The notes below the pieces were generated by a model that saw nothing but the letters and a program-made list of their open reading frames with translations, had not been told where the DNA came from and did no database searches. Both the position numbers and the translations under genes were made by a program. Positions 34,095 through 46,536 of a stretch of DNA of 64,000 nucleotides are shown here, piece by piece (position 1 is the stretch's first letter; every line of letters begins with the position of its first letter). Origin of the DNA: the human T2T-CHM13v2.0 reference genome, Homo sapiens; NCBI RefSeq assembly GCF_009914755.1, contig NC_060927.1. One strand, given 5' to 3'.

Positions 34095-34929
34095 AAAACA
34101 TTGTCCTAATGAGGGTCCATAGGCTTCAAAAGAAGGTCCATGGCAGTAAAAAGGTTCAAACCCCTGCTGTGGACAGACCCCCATGAAAGAGGGAAGTGAT
34201 GGCCTCCAGTTGGGAGGGGTCCTCATTCAATCCTTGCAGAGATGGGCCAGAAAATCTTAGAAACCAATGTTCTAGGGCAGGGGCTGGCAGCCAGACTGCC
34301 CAGAAAAGGACTTTACTCCATCTTATCTTCTTTCTACTTATTGTTTTAACTTGTACTTATGGATTCTGAACTTTTCCACTGTGCCCAGCAAGGAGCTTAG
34401 CAGGTGAGGGTTCCTGGCAGGGTGGAATAGAAACAAGAGCCTGACAGGCACTAGACTTAGCCCCTTGAATTGGGATTTTGGGTGGTGGCCAAGGACTGAC
34501 AGGGCAGCCCTCAATTTCCCAGTAGGGGGTCCGGGAGTGATAGAGTCCACATTCCAGGACTTTCCTGGAGATGGACCATGTTGGGCTGTCACTGAAGGCT
34601 GGTATGGCAGAGCCGAGAAGTGAACTCCCAGGCACGAACTGAAGTGAGTCCACAGCACCTGCCCTGGGGAGTCAGTGGCTGACAGGAGGTCTTTAAGCTG
34701 CACAACCTGGACCCCTGTCCTCAGAAACTTTGAGTAGGGAGCAGGGCAGGCAAAACTGGCAAACTATATGAGAGATGCTAGGTTGGTTCCTGTCTGACCT
34801 CTGCTTCTTCCAGAGTGTAGCAGATATTTGGGGCCCCTCCTCTGATAACAGCTGCAGCTGCAGGGGCCAGCTCTATACCAGCCCTCAACATCCCACCTCA
34901 ACAGTCATAGGTCTCTCCTTTTGCCTGTC

Positions 34930-35230
34930 TCAGGGCTATTTTTAAAAGTCACAGAGTCAGCTGGGGGATGAGTGGGAGATGCAGCCAGGAAGTGCAGGGG
35001 AGTTAATTCCCCAGAGTGGGACCCACAGATAAATGGCCCAGCTTCCCACTCACTCTGGGAGGCTTCTGAGGTTCTCGCTGAGTTGGGCCCCCATCTTCTG
35101 AAGCAGAGAGCTTGATGGCACACTCCCTGCTCCCTTCCTGCAGCCTGCTAGGGTCACCTCCCAAATAAACTACCTGGACCCAAGTACTTTGCTCCAGGTT
35201 CTGCTTCTAGGGAGACCCAAACTGAGATAT
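34930..35230 (+). mobile_element. LTR16-like ERVL LTR
   Basis: GGAGTTAATTCCCC...CTCCCAAATAAACTACCTG..CCCAAGT...GGGAGACCCAAACTGAGATA. Confidence 0.6.
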
Positions 35231-35244
35231 AGTAATAGAGTTTT

Positions 35245-36585
35245 TAAGCTGGACACATGACTGCCTCTTATAAAGGCTATATTGCTCAGCTGTGTATTTT
35301 AGCCATGGGTGGCCATGTGATTAAGTTTTGGCCAATGGGATGTGAGAAGAGGTGACTGTGCAACTTCCAAATCACTCAGTTGCTAGGAAGGGGCATGCCA
35401 TCTTCTTCCCCTTTGCCTCTCTTCACTGCCTGGAAAGCAGAAGCAGCAGTGGCCATGTGGACAAAGGTCTTTACCTCCTGATATTCACTCCCTTGTGTAG
35501 CCTCCTCCCACATTCAACCAAGAATGGCCTCTGTGATCAATAGAATACGGCAGAAGTGACAGTGTATGACTCTCACAGATAGTCATAAAAGGCACTCTAT
35601 CTTCCATTTCAGTCCCTGGGGTCTGTCACTCAGGAGAACCAGCCGCCATGACATAAGGACACTCAAGTAGCCCTGTGGAAAGGTCTACATGGAGGAGGAA
35701 CCAAGGCCTCCTTCCAATAGCCACGTGAGAGAGAAAATGGTTGGGAATAGATAGTACCCCAAATAAACCTTTAGATGACTACAGCCCTAGCTGACATCTG
35801 ACTGCAAACTCATGACAGGTCTCAAGCCAAACCTGTCCAACCAAGTTTCTTACAAATTCCTGATCGACAGAAACCATAAGACATAATAAATAATTTATTA
35901 AAGCCACTAAGTTTTAGGTCAATTTCTTATATAATACTAAATAACTGCTATGGGTTGAATTGTGGCTCTCCTGTCAAAAATTTACATGTTGAAGTCCTAA
36001 CCCCTAGTACCTCAAAATGTAGCATTATTTGAAGTAAATGTCTTTACAGAGGTAATCCAGTTAAAATAAACTTATTAGAGTGGGCCCTAGACCAGTATGA
36101 CTGATGTCCTTATAAAAAGGGGAAATTTGGAGACACACAGGGAGAATGCCAACGTGAAAATGAAAGCAGAGATTGGGATGATGCTTCTTCGAGCCAAGGA
36201 GTGCCAAAGATTGCCAGCAACTACCAGAAGCTGGATGAGAGGCATGGGATTCTCCTAGTCCTTAGAAACCAACCCTACTAACACCCTATCCTTGGGCTTT
36301 CTGGCCTCCAGAACTACAAGAAAATAAGTTTCTGTTGTTTAATCCCCCAAACTTATGGTACTTGGCTACGGCAGCCAGAGCAAACCAGTACAATAACTGA
36401 TACAGACAACATCCAAAGGATAGTGGAGTAGAAAGACCGAAGAACTCTGGGCCTTTCATGTCACAGCAAGAGCCTCCACACCAACTCTGGCTTCTCTATG
36501 CAAAAAAATAAATCCCTGTCTTATTTAAGCCGCTGTTCTTCCCATCTCTAGCCCACGTAGCTGAAGCTATATCCTCACAAATTCA
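35245..36585 (+). mobile_element. Three nested MLT1 LTRs (MLT1J-like > MLT1F-like ~35465-36404 > MLT1C-like 35946-36392)
   Basis: The innermost LTR, TGCTATGGGTTGAATTGT...CCAGTACA, is flanked by TSD ATAAC (35941-45 and 36393-97). Confidence 0.8.
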
Positions 36586-37084
36586 GCATCTAAAACTTCC
36601 TCTCGACATGTGCTGTCCTGACTGATTTCACATGGAAATGAATCCCCAGAATAAAGAAATAAATTGAGATCAACACTGTCATCAAGATTGTAAAGACTGT
36701 CTTCCTTTCGCACACAGTCACTGAGTGTTTCTTCCAGATGGAAAGCAGGTGGGGTTGGGTGGAAGGGGATGCAGGAAGCCCTTACTGTGAAGGAGCAGCA
36801 CATCCTGGCAGGACTGAGGGGGAGGTCTGGAGGAACCACACTGGCTCTACTCACTCTATGGAGACAGAGCAGAACATCTCTCTAAGGAAAAAGAAAGGGC
36901 ACCAGGTCCAGGAGAGACTGCCCAGGAGCGGAGGCCAACACAAAGATTCAAAAGAAGTGCTTCTTTCTGTCCTGGGCTAAAACGAACCACACGTACATTC
37001 CCATTCCTTCCCAAGATGGCCTCTTCCATTCTGCTGTCCCTGAACAACTTGAGGACTGGGGAGTTGGAGTTGGAACTTGCAGTA

Positions 37085-37560
37085 TTAAAACTCTTTCTGT
37101 TTCACTTAACATGAAGCCAACGTATACTGGCCTAAGCAAAGAAGAGATTTATATAACAGAAACAGAAAAGTTCACAGGGCTTCCGGTGCAACTGGATTCA
37201 GGAACTCAAACAATGTCATCAGAAATCTGTCTATCTCTATCGCTTGGATCTGATTTCCTTGTGTTTGCTCAAATCTCAAGCAGGTAAATATGCCACAGCA
37301 GCAGCAAGCTTGCATTTTCCCAGCTTACTAGTGGAAAAGCAGCTTCTTTCCCACAGTTCCAGCAAAAGCCCCAGGGCTGATGCTCATTGGCCCAGGTTGG
37401 GGCATGTGACCATTGGCAAGACTCCCATTGGCCAGGCCTGGGGCAGGTGCTCACTACTGGAGCCAGAGCGGAGTATAAGCCCTACCCAATCACTGAACTA
37501 CGTGGGTCAAGAGTAAAGGAGCTGTGGCTTCCCCCCAATCAGAAGGGCACTGGATGATGG
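37085..37560 (-). mobile_element. MLT1K-like LTR
   Basis: CTGGATTCAGGAACTCAAACAATGTCATCAG...CCAGCAAAAGCCCCAGGGCTGA..CTCATTGGCCCAG. Confidence 0.7.
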
Positions 37561-39561
37561 ATGAACTCTGTGTGGTGCGTCTTCACACTGACACCAGGAG
37601 GATAAGGAAGTGACTCCCTCAGCTGAGTGGCTGGCATGTGCCAGGCTAGAGCAGCTTGGCTATGGCAGAACATCCAGCCCCACCGTGTGGACGGTAGGGT
37701 AAGACCCAGCCCTAGTCTGGCCTCAGACTAAGGGCTCCTCATCCCCAGGCTTCCCCATGCATTGGCACTCCTCCAGACCAGGAGTAAGACATTTCTTTGT
37801 TACGCACAGTTCTGTACTTTCTTACTCCGCAGTATGGCCCTCCGCTGGTGGCCAGTTACCCTCAAATGTGGTCTTAGCTCCAGCAAGCCTTCTGCTTTCT
37901 ACCTTCTCTCCACTCTCCCACCATAGGTTACACACACACACTCATTCTTCCACCACCAGTCCAAGACCTCTCCTCCGACCCTCCATTTCTTCAGAGCACA
38001 GTTCCCGCGAAGCCCTTCCTCTGATCTGCACCACCCAGAGAGGCTAAGCTCTGCCTGCAGTCTCCACTCACACCCTACCTCATTCCTACAAGAGACTCTG
38101 GTCTCCCTACTTAGCCTGGGAGCTCCCAGGGCAGGAGTTCAGCTTCCTCCTTGCTCCTTCCCCACCCCAATTCCTCCCCATGCAAGACAGAGGACAGACA
38201 GGCCTACCCCCAAAGAAGGGGTTAAATAATCTGAAAGTTAGGGTCACCACAAAGCAAAAGAAGCCAGCGGTCAATTCAGGGTGGCTTCCCAGAGTGGCAG
38301 CAGGCGTCAAGGTTCACACGAGCTGCAGCAGAGCTGCTAATGCTGTCAGGGTCCCTATCCTTATTCCTCTGGGCCTTATCCCATCTCAGGCAAGAATAGG
38401 CCTAGGGGCAAGCACAGCTGGCAAGTGACTCAGGCCTGGGCAGGATCTAGAATAAAGAGGAGGCGAGAGAGGCGTGCATAGCTGAGGCTATTTTTACCCA
38501 GACCTGTGCAAACAGAGGCATGAGCTGGTCTGGCCAGTTCCTCCCCTTCCTTGGCACCTGGCCTGGAAGTCCCTTACCAAGTAAGCAGTACCCACTGGGT
38601 TGGGAGCCAGAGGGGAGGAATGGGTGGGTAGAGAAAGGGCAGATGTAAGAACTGCCTCCAGGTACCCTAGAGACACAATACCTTGGAAGGTGATAAGTGT
38701 TATGAAGAAGAGTAGAGAGTAAAGAGGTTTAGGAGTTGGGGGGAAGGGAGCAGTTTGCAGTATTAAGGAGGGGGACTGGCATTGAGAAGAGAGGTGGGGA
38801 GCCATGGGAATACCGGGGAAGAGCATTCCAAGTAGAGGGAGCTGCCAGTACAGACTGAAAAGCAGCAGGGGTCTAGGAATAAATTTTTAAAATAGCAGGG
38901 AGGCTGGTATGCCTTCAGGGAGAGCAGAAGACCAGAAGAGAGGTGAAGGATTGTGATGGAGGCATCACTCAGGGCCTGGTAAGCGCTCGGAACTAAGGAG
39001 CCACAGGATCTCGCTGATGTTTTAAAATGTGTTCCACAATAGTCAGTCTGAGAGAAATGTGTTAAATAACACCACAGGGGCACAAGCAGCAAACTTTGAC
39101 AGGAGGATGCCCGTGCGCAGAACCCACAACCCAGTTTCTTCAAAAGAGAGCCTGCAAGGAAAAGAGAAGCACAGGCAGAGAGATTGAGGGGAGTCTCTGT
39201 ATGAAATTTGAATGTGTGAATCTCTGTATTTAAGCAAACAACTGGTAAAAATAAATAAATTATCAATCAAAGCACTTACAAGGCAAGGAATGAAAATTAA
39301 ATAATGATTGGATATTGAATGCTATTAAGGAATTTTGGTATTTCTTAGTGTGAAAATTGTGTTGTGTATAATGGTATTGTGGTTATTTTTTAGAGTCCTT
39401 ATCCTTTAGATGTACACACTCAAATATTTACAGATAAAATGGTAGATCTGTAATTGGATTCAAAATGATCATGGTTGAGGTAGAGGGACAGAGGAAATAA
39501 ATTAAGTGATGGGTGCATGGAAGATCATTATAATACTTTATTCACTTCATGTATTTTGAAG

Positions 39562-39889
39562 CTTTCTTTCTTTATTTTTTGTTTGTTTGTTTGTTTTTTG
39601 TTTGTTTGACATGGAGTCTCACTGTGTCACCCAGGCTGGAGTGTAGTGGGGTGATCTCAGCTCACTGAAACCTCTACCTCCTGGGTTCAAGTGATTCTCC
39701 TGCTTCAGCCTCCCAAGTAGCTGGGGCTACAGGCGTGCACCACTACACCTGGCTAATTTTAGTATTTTTAGTAGAGCTGGGCTTTCGCCATGTTGGCCAG
39801 GCTGGTCTCGAACTCCTGACCTCAAGTGATCCACTGACATTGACTTCCCAAAGTGCTAGGATTATAGGTGTGAGCCACCGCACCTGGCC
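39562..39889 (-). mobile_element. Alu (AluS-like) with (TTTG)n tail
   Basis: Antisense dimer; TSD-like TGAAGCT(T/C)TT. Confidence 0.92.
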
Positions 39890-40084
39890 TGAAGCTCTTC
39901 TTAACAAACAATAATACTACTCAATCCGGATACTGAGATTGGAGAATGGGGTTCCAGAGATTCTGAGGAAGCAATTGTGGTGAACAGGTGAACAGGTGAG
40001 CAGGTGAGGGATAAGTTAAAGATGACCTGAGACTGCAAGCAAAGGGTGAGAGAAAGCAGTCAGGGATGCGCTTGCAAGAAAAGA

Positions 40085-40300
40085 CTTCCCCTTCCTCCCC
40101 TGGCTCCAGCATTTGGCTTCCTCTTCCCTCCCAACTCCCTCCTCCCCTCTCATTTTTTTCTTCTCTCCCAACTTTCCATCCTCTGCCCACCCTCCTCATC
40201 CTTCCTTCCTTCCTCATCCCTCCTCCCCTATCTCTCCTTCCTCTTTTCTCTTCCTCCTGCCTCTCTATCTTCAGCAAACATCTTCCTGGCCTCCTTCCCA
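40085..40300 (+). repeat. CT-rich polypyrimidine low-complexity tract
   Basis: Almost purely C/T for about 200 nt. Confidence 0.8.
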
Positions 40301-43128
40301 GCCCTACGCAGGTGGTCCTACCCAGCTGGTTTTTCTCTGCAGCTAGGTTGCCAGGCAGCTCCAGTTTGGTTCCCCTGGTCACCACCACCCCCAGCTTCCC
40401 AGGCCTGCTCTCCTTGCTGAGTGCTGCCTTCACCAAGTTTCCTCAAAAGGAGAAAAGAGAGTGCTCCTGGGGCCTCTCCTCCCTCCACAGAGGAAGCACC
40501 ACCACAGCCTGAGGTTGTCCTGGCCCAGCTTGGAAGGGAATGGAGGTGAGGACCTGGGGAAAGCGTTAGGGACCCAACCTGGCATTGACAGCATGAGATG
40601 GTCTTTGTTGTTCTTCTCCCGGAAATGATTCCCCTCACTGCAGAGGAGGGTGGAGGCTGGAAGAAAAGCAGAAGTGACCCTAAGACACTTCCTGTCCAGG
40701 CATTTGTTTTCAAGTGCCAAGCCTGGGGACCCAGGAGGAGAAGGGAAGGACTTCCCTGGGATTCCTCCAAACTGTCTCCCTTGAGCAGCACTAGACTCAC
40801 TACCTGCTCCCCACCTCCCACCTCAGGAAGGGGACTGCAGGGTACACAGGAGGCTGCGCCCTGGACACCAGGCCCCAGCCCCACCAAACCCTCAGTCCCC
40901 AAAGCCCCAGACCCTGAACTTGCCAGGACCATGCAGGCTGGGCTACTGTGGGTCTTGGCAGAACCAGCAACCAATGGAGGGCGAGAAGGAAGGAGATCTC
41001 TAACATTTTCCCAGAACAAACCACGCAGGAACCCAAGAAAGGCTGAAGTTCTATTTTTTGCCAATCCGGTGTAATGAGAGTATAAAGCCAAAATTAACTT
41101 GAATTCTAGAAAATAAAGACAAGCCATATTTCCTGAACCTGAGTCAATGGACTGAGATTCCATCCAAATAAAGGAAAGGCTAGGAGGGAGACGGGTGGCT
41201 TCTGGCTCCAGTGAGACCCGAGGCTATCTGCTGCAGACCCCAGATTGCAGGCCACGGTCCCTGTCCAGTGGCAGGGCACCAGCCTACCTTGCCACTGTGG
41301 GCAGCCATCAGGGAGAGGGCAGCCACTCTCGAGAGGGCCTTGGGACCCTAAAATAGCCTTGTCTCCCCAGGGAGAGTAGACACACACTCCCACGGCCGAG
41401 CATGGGGCTGGCACTCTGGTAATCATCAAAGTAATAAAGATGATAAGAAGAAGCATTTAGTGAGCATGGCTGCTTGCCTGTGGGCACAGTTGGGCCTAGG
41501 GTCCCTAGAGGCCTTTATGCTGGATACCTGTGGCTGCAGTGGGGGACAGAGGAGGGATTAGAGCTGGGCTTCCCCAACCTAACTCAGATCTCTTGCTCTC
41601 TCTGCCTGGTCTTCAAGCCACAAGCTTGGCCCCAGTCCTAGAACCCATCCTTCAGTCAGGGGAATGACACAGTGGCTGTTGCAAAGGCCCCAGGTCAGAA
41701 CCCAGGTCTGGCTGATGGGTCAAAAGAAAGTTAAATAGATACTCCCACCCCTGCTCTGCAAGGATCAGGATATGGCTGTACCTGGGTTTCTCTGGGCGTT
41801 TCTTCAGGGTCCTGAGGTCCTCGTCAGAGAGGCACAGACCTGGGCTGTGCTCTACCTTCTCAGCCAATGGGAGCCCAGACTCTGGGCCCATCCCTTTCTG
41901 GAAACATCTGGTTTATCAAGGGCAGCCACTCTGTGACCAGCCAGGGTCCTCTCCTCCAGTCTCAACTCCCACCTGGCAGGTGAGGCTGCCTCTGCCCACA
42001 CCCGTCCTGGGCCCAGGTCCCCTCACCTCACCAGGCAGCAGCCAGCAGCATCCTGCCTAAGGCACAGCAGCTGACAACAGACCTGCCTCAAACCTTCCCC
42101 AGTGGGGCAGCCGTGGTTTGTCTCCCTTGTCTTAGCTCAGGAACTAGACAACTTTGTACTTTATTGACGCTGCTGTTTAATTTTTGCTTCTATGTTTATG
42201 TATGAACATGAATTAAACATTAGACGTTAAATATGTATTAAATTAATTCATAGATTTATATATTTATTGATATCCATGAAATTATAAAATGGAAATGCAG
42301 TTTTTTTTTACTTACCATATATTTGCTTTGTTTTAATATCAGCATTATGATACCTCGTAGAATATGTTGGAAAACATTTCATCTTCTTCACTGCTTTCAA
42401 ACAGTTTGATTACATAGGAGTTATCTGTGCCTTAAAGGTTTATGTAACTCTCTTATAAAACTATCTGAGCTTGGTATTTTTTAGGGGTAAATTTAATGGT
42501 TTATATTTCTCTAGAAAAGCACCCATTTCACCTAGATGTTCAAATATATTGGCATTAAGATAGTATTCCCTCATAGCTTTCAAATATACTCTATTCTTGG
42601 AACTATGTCCTTTCTCTTGTATATTTCCACTTTCACTTGTGATCAGCCTTGCTAAACCTTTGTCTATTTACTGGTCTGCTCAAGAGGAAAGTTTACTTTA
42701 TTAATCACTTTGATATTTTATTTTGATTTCATTGTTTTCTGTTTTTATAGTTACTAATTCCTTCTTTCTTTGGATTTAATTTATTATTTTTTTCTAGTAT
42801 ATTTAGCTGTTAACTTATTTCACTAATTTTATCTTTCTTGTTTATTATCAGTGCAATTAAGGCTACAAATTTTCCTCCAGTTACTAGAATGTTCATATCT
42901 CTTATTTTAATATTCATTGTTATTCACTTCTAAATAATGTATAATTCCAATTTTTACTTCCTTACCATAATAATTACTTAAAAGGGTGATTTCTGGTGTT
43001 TTAAAATTTATTAATTGTCTATGCGTGAAATATTTCCAAACATACAGGAGAAAAGAATAAGAAAATCAAACCCAAATATCCGTCACCCAGTTTTATTAGA
43101 CCTTAATATAATGTCATATTTGCTGTAG

Positions 43129-43435
<307 letters not shown>

Positions 43436-43501
43436 TGCTGTAGACATTTTTTAAAGAAATAAAATATTCAGTGCAGTTGAGAATCCCCTGTGTATCCCTC
43501 C

Positions 43502-44303
<802 letters not shown>

Positions 44304-44810
44304 CTAATAACATGTCTTTGTGTTTATCATTCCTGGACATGATTTACACTTTTACTGCATAATTAGTATCCATAAAAGTTACATAGTATTGTTTGCAGAT
44401 AGTATTGTTAACTCTATAAAAGTAACATTGTATCATACATATCATTCTGCAACTTGCTTTGGTTGCTGGACACCATATTTTTAGTTACATATACACATAG
44501 AGGGAGATGTGGCTCTCCTTATTCTGAGAACTGAAAAGAATTTCTGAGAGAAGGGTGTTAAACTCTTCCACTAGGACTGTAGATTTGACAGTCCCTCCCT
44601 TTTCTACATAACTTGAGGCTATAGCATTAGAGGCATAGACGTTTGGCATTTTTATATCTTCTTGAAAGACTGAGTGGTCTAACAATATGAATTATCCTCT
44701 TTGTGCCTTTTGTTTTCTATCTTAAATTCTCACCCATTCCCATTGACTATGATGATTCATTTTTGTAATTATTTCTAATACATGATTTGATGCTTCTATT
44801 TATCATATAT

Positions 44811-44906
44811 TTTATTTTTAATCCTCTCATACGAGCAATCTTTATTTTTAATCTTCCCAAACAAACAATCTTTATTTTTAATCCTCCCAAACAAACAATC
44901 TTTTAT
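44811..44906 (+). repeat. 30-bp tandem repeat, ~3 copies
   Basis: TTTATTTTTAATC(C/T)TCCCAAACAAACAATC units at 44811, 44841 and 44871. Confidence 0.9.
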
Positions 44907-45594
44907 TGGATACATGGAGTTTTCTTAGTTTCATTTTTCTTTTTTCTGGTTATTTGGGAGTTACATACTTTCTTTTTTCCCCAGTGGATACCCTCACATT
45001 TTTAACACACACACTAATCTCTGGTGGCATCAATTATGTTAAACTCCATGTTGTGTTTTGTCCTGCCTACAGTATCTCCCTTTTCCAGAATCTCTGCCGA
45101 AGGTCAGCTACACACAGGAACGCAGGACTGGGAAGAGGGAGGTTAGCGTGAGAACTTTGAGATCCCCTGTGGAGTTAGTCTGAGTTCTCCCTGGGCTAAG
45201 TGGCCTCACCCCCCTCAGGAATTCACTGCCTCAGAAATGAGCTCTGAGAGAGGATGCAGTGCTGTCTGTGGTTATGGGCACCCTCTGAAACTCAGCCCCT
45301 CTCTGCCCTTCCTACCTTGAACCTTGTCCCTAACTCTACTTCCTCCCTGCACACGCTGGCCAAGCCCTGCTCTCAGACCCCTGGCTGGAAGTAGATGTGT
45401 CTGTATGAACTCATGCCCACACACAAGGGCACACACTCACATGCTCTTACACGCGGACATACATGCACACACACACACGCACACACACACGCACACTGCA
45501 GCAAGCATTTGACCAGAAGCTGTGGCTGCTTTTGAAAACAGGGTGGAGCAGTCCTCCCCTTTAGAGTCTCCCACACTCCCAACACCATGACCCC

Positions 45595-45939
45595 TGATAC
45601 GGTTTGGCTGTGTCGCCACCCAAATGTCATCTTGAATTGTAGCTCTCATAATTCCCATGTGTTGTGGGAGGGACCTGGTGGGAGATAATTGAATCATGGG
45701 GGCGGTTTCCCCGATACCGTTCTTGTGGTAGTGAATAACTCTCATGAGATCTGATGGTTTTATAAATGGGAGTTCCTCTGCACAACCCCTTTTTGCCTGC
45801 CTTCTGCCTTTCGCCTTCTGCCATGATTGTGAGGCCTCTCCAGCCACATGGAACTATGAGTCCACTAAACCTCTTTTTCTTTATAAACTTCCCAGTCTCA
45901 GGTATCTCTTTATCATCAGTGTGCAAACAGAATAATACA
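45595..45939 (+). mobile_element. THE1 solo LTR
   Basis: TGATACGGTTTGGCTGTGTC...AATAATACA; perfect TSD ACCCC. Confidence 0.92.
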
Positions 45940-46229
45940 ACCCCCTTGCTAAGCTGTCTGGTGACAGACTGCTGACCCCCTGGACAAAACTGAGTCCTGG
46001 GGTTTTGAGGGAAGGAGTTCTCAGGTTTTTCCTCTCTGCCCAGAGCAGGAGCTCCAAGGGTAGGACCTAGGTCCCCTCTTCCTCTATCCCCTGGAGCAGG
46101 AGCTCTCTCACATACTTCATTCTCCATGCCTCAGTTTCCCCTCTGTGGCAGCTGCAAAGGGGCATCACTTGGATCCACCTCTAGAAAGAGCTTGCCACTC
46201 AACTGTGAGGAGGGCAATGAGTTGGAGCC

Positions 46230-46536
46230 TCTAGCCACATTGCCTTCAGGCTCTTGTCAATAGGTCTATGACTGGGCCTGTCAATGCTCTTCCCAGACAG
46301 CCCCAGACATTGACAAAGCACAGTAGGGTTACTAAGGCTTCTATTCCAGCCTTTGCCCTGGAACTCGTTATCAAATTGGCAAAGACTTTTTCAGATCTGC
46401 AATGCAGTCTGAGTTTCTCTCTGCCCAATCCTACTTTCTCCTCTTTTGTCTCTCACAGGTCCCCCTGCCATCCAATAAACATTCACACTCCTAACTCCAC
46501 CTTAGCATTTGCTCACTAGAGGACCTGAACTGACAC
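46230..46536 (+). mobile_element. ERVL LTR fragment (LTR40-like)
   Basis: GCAGTCTGAG...TGCCCAATCCT..CCAATAAAC...CTAACTCCA...GGACCTGAACTGACAC. Confidence 0.5.

Noticed and set aside
40318-41163. 281-aa minus-strand ORF and overlapping ORFs
   Set aside because: Low-complexity, overlapping ORFs on both strands with no recognisable homology.
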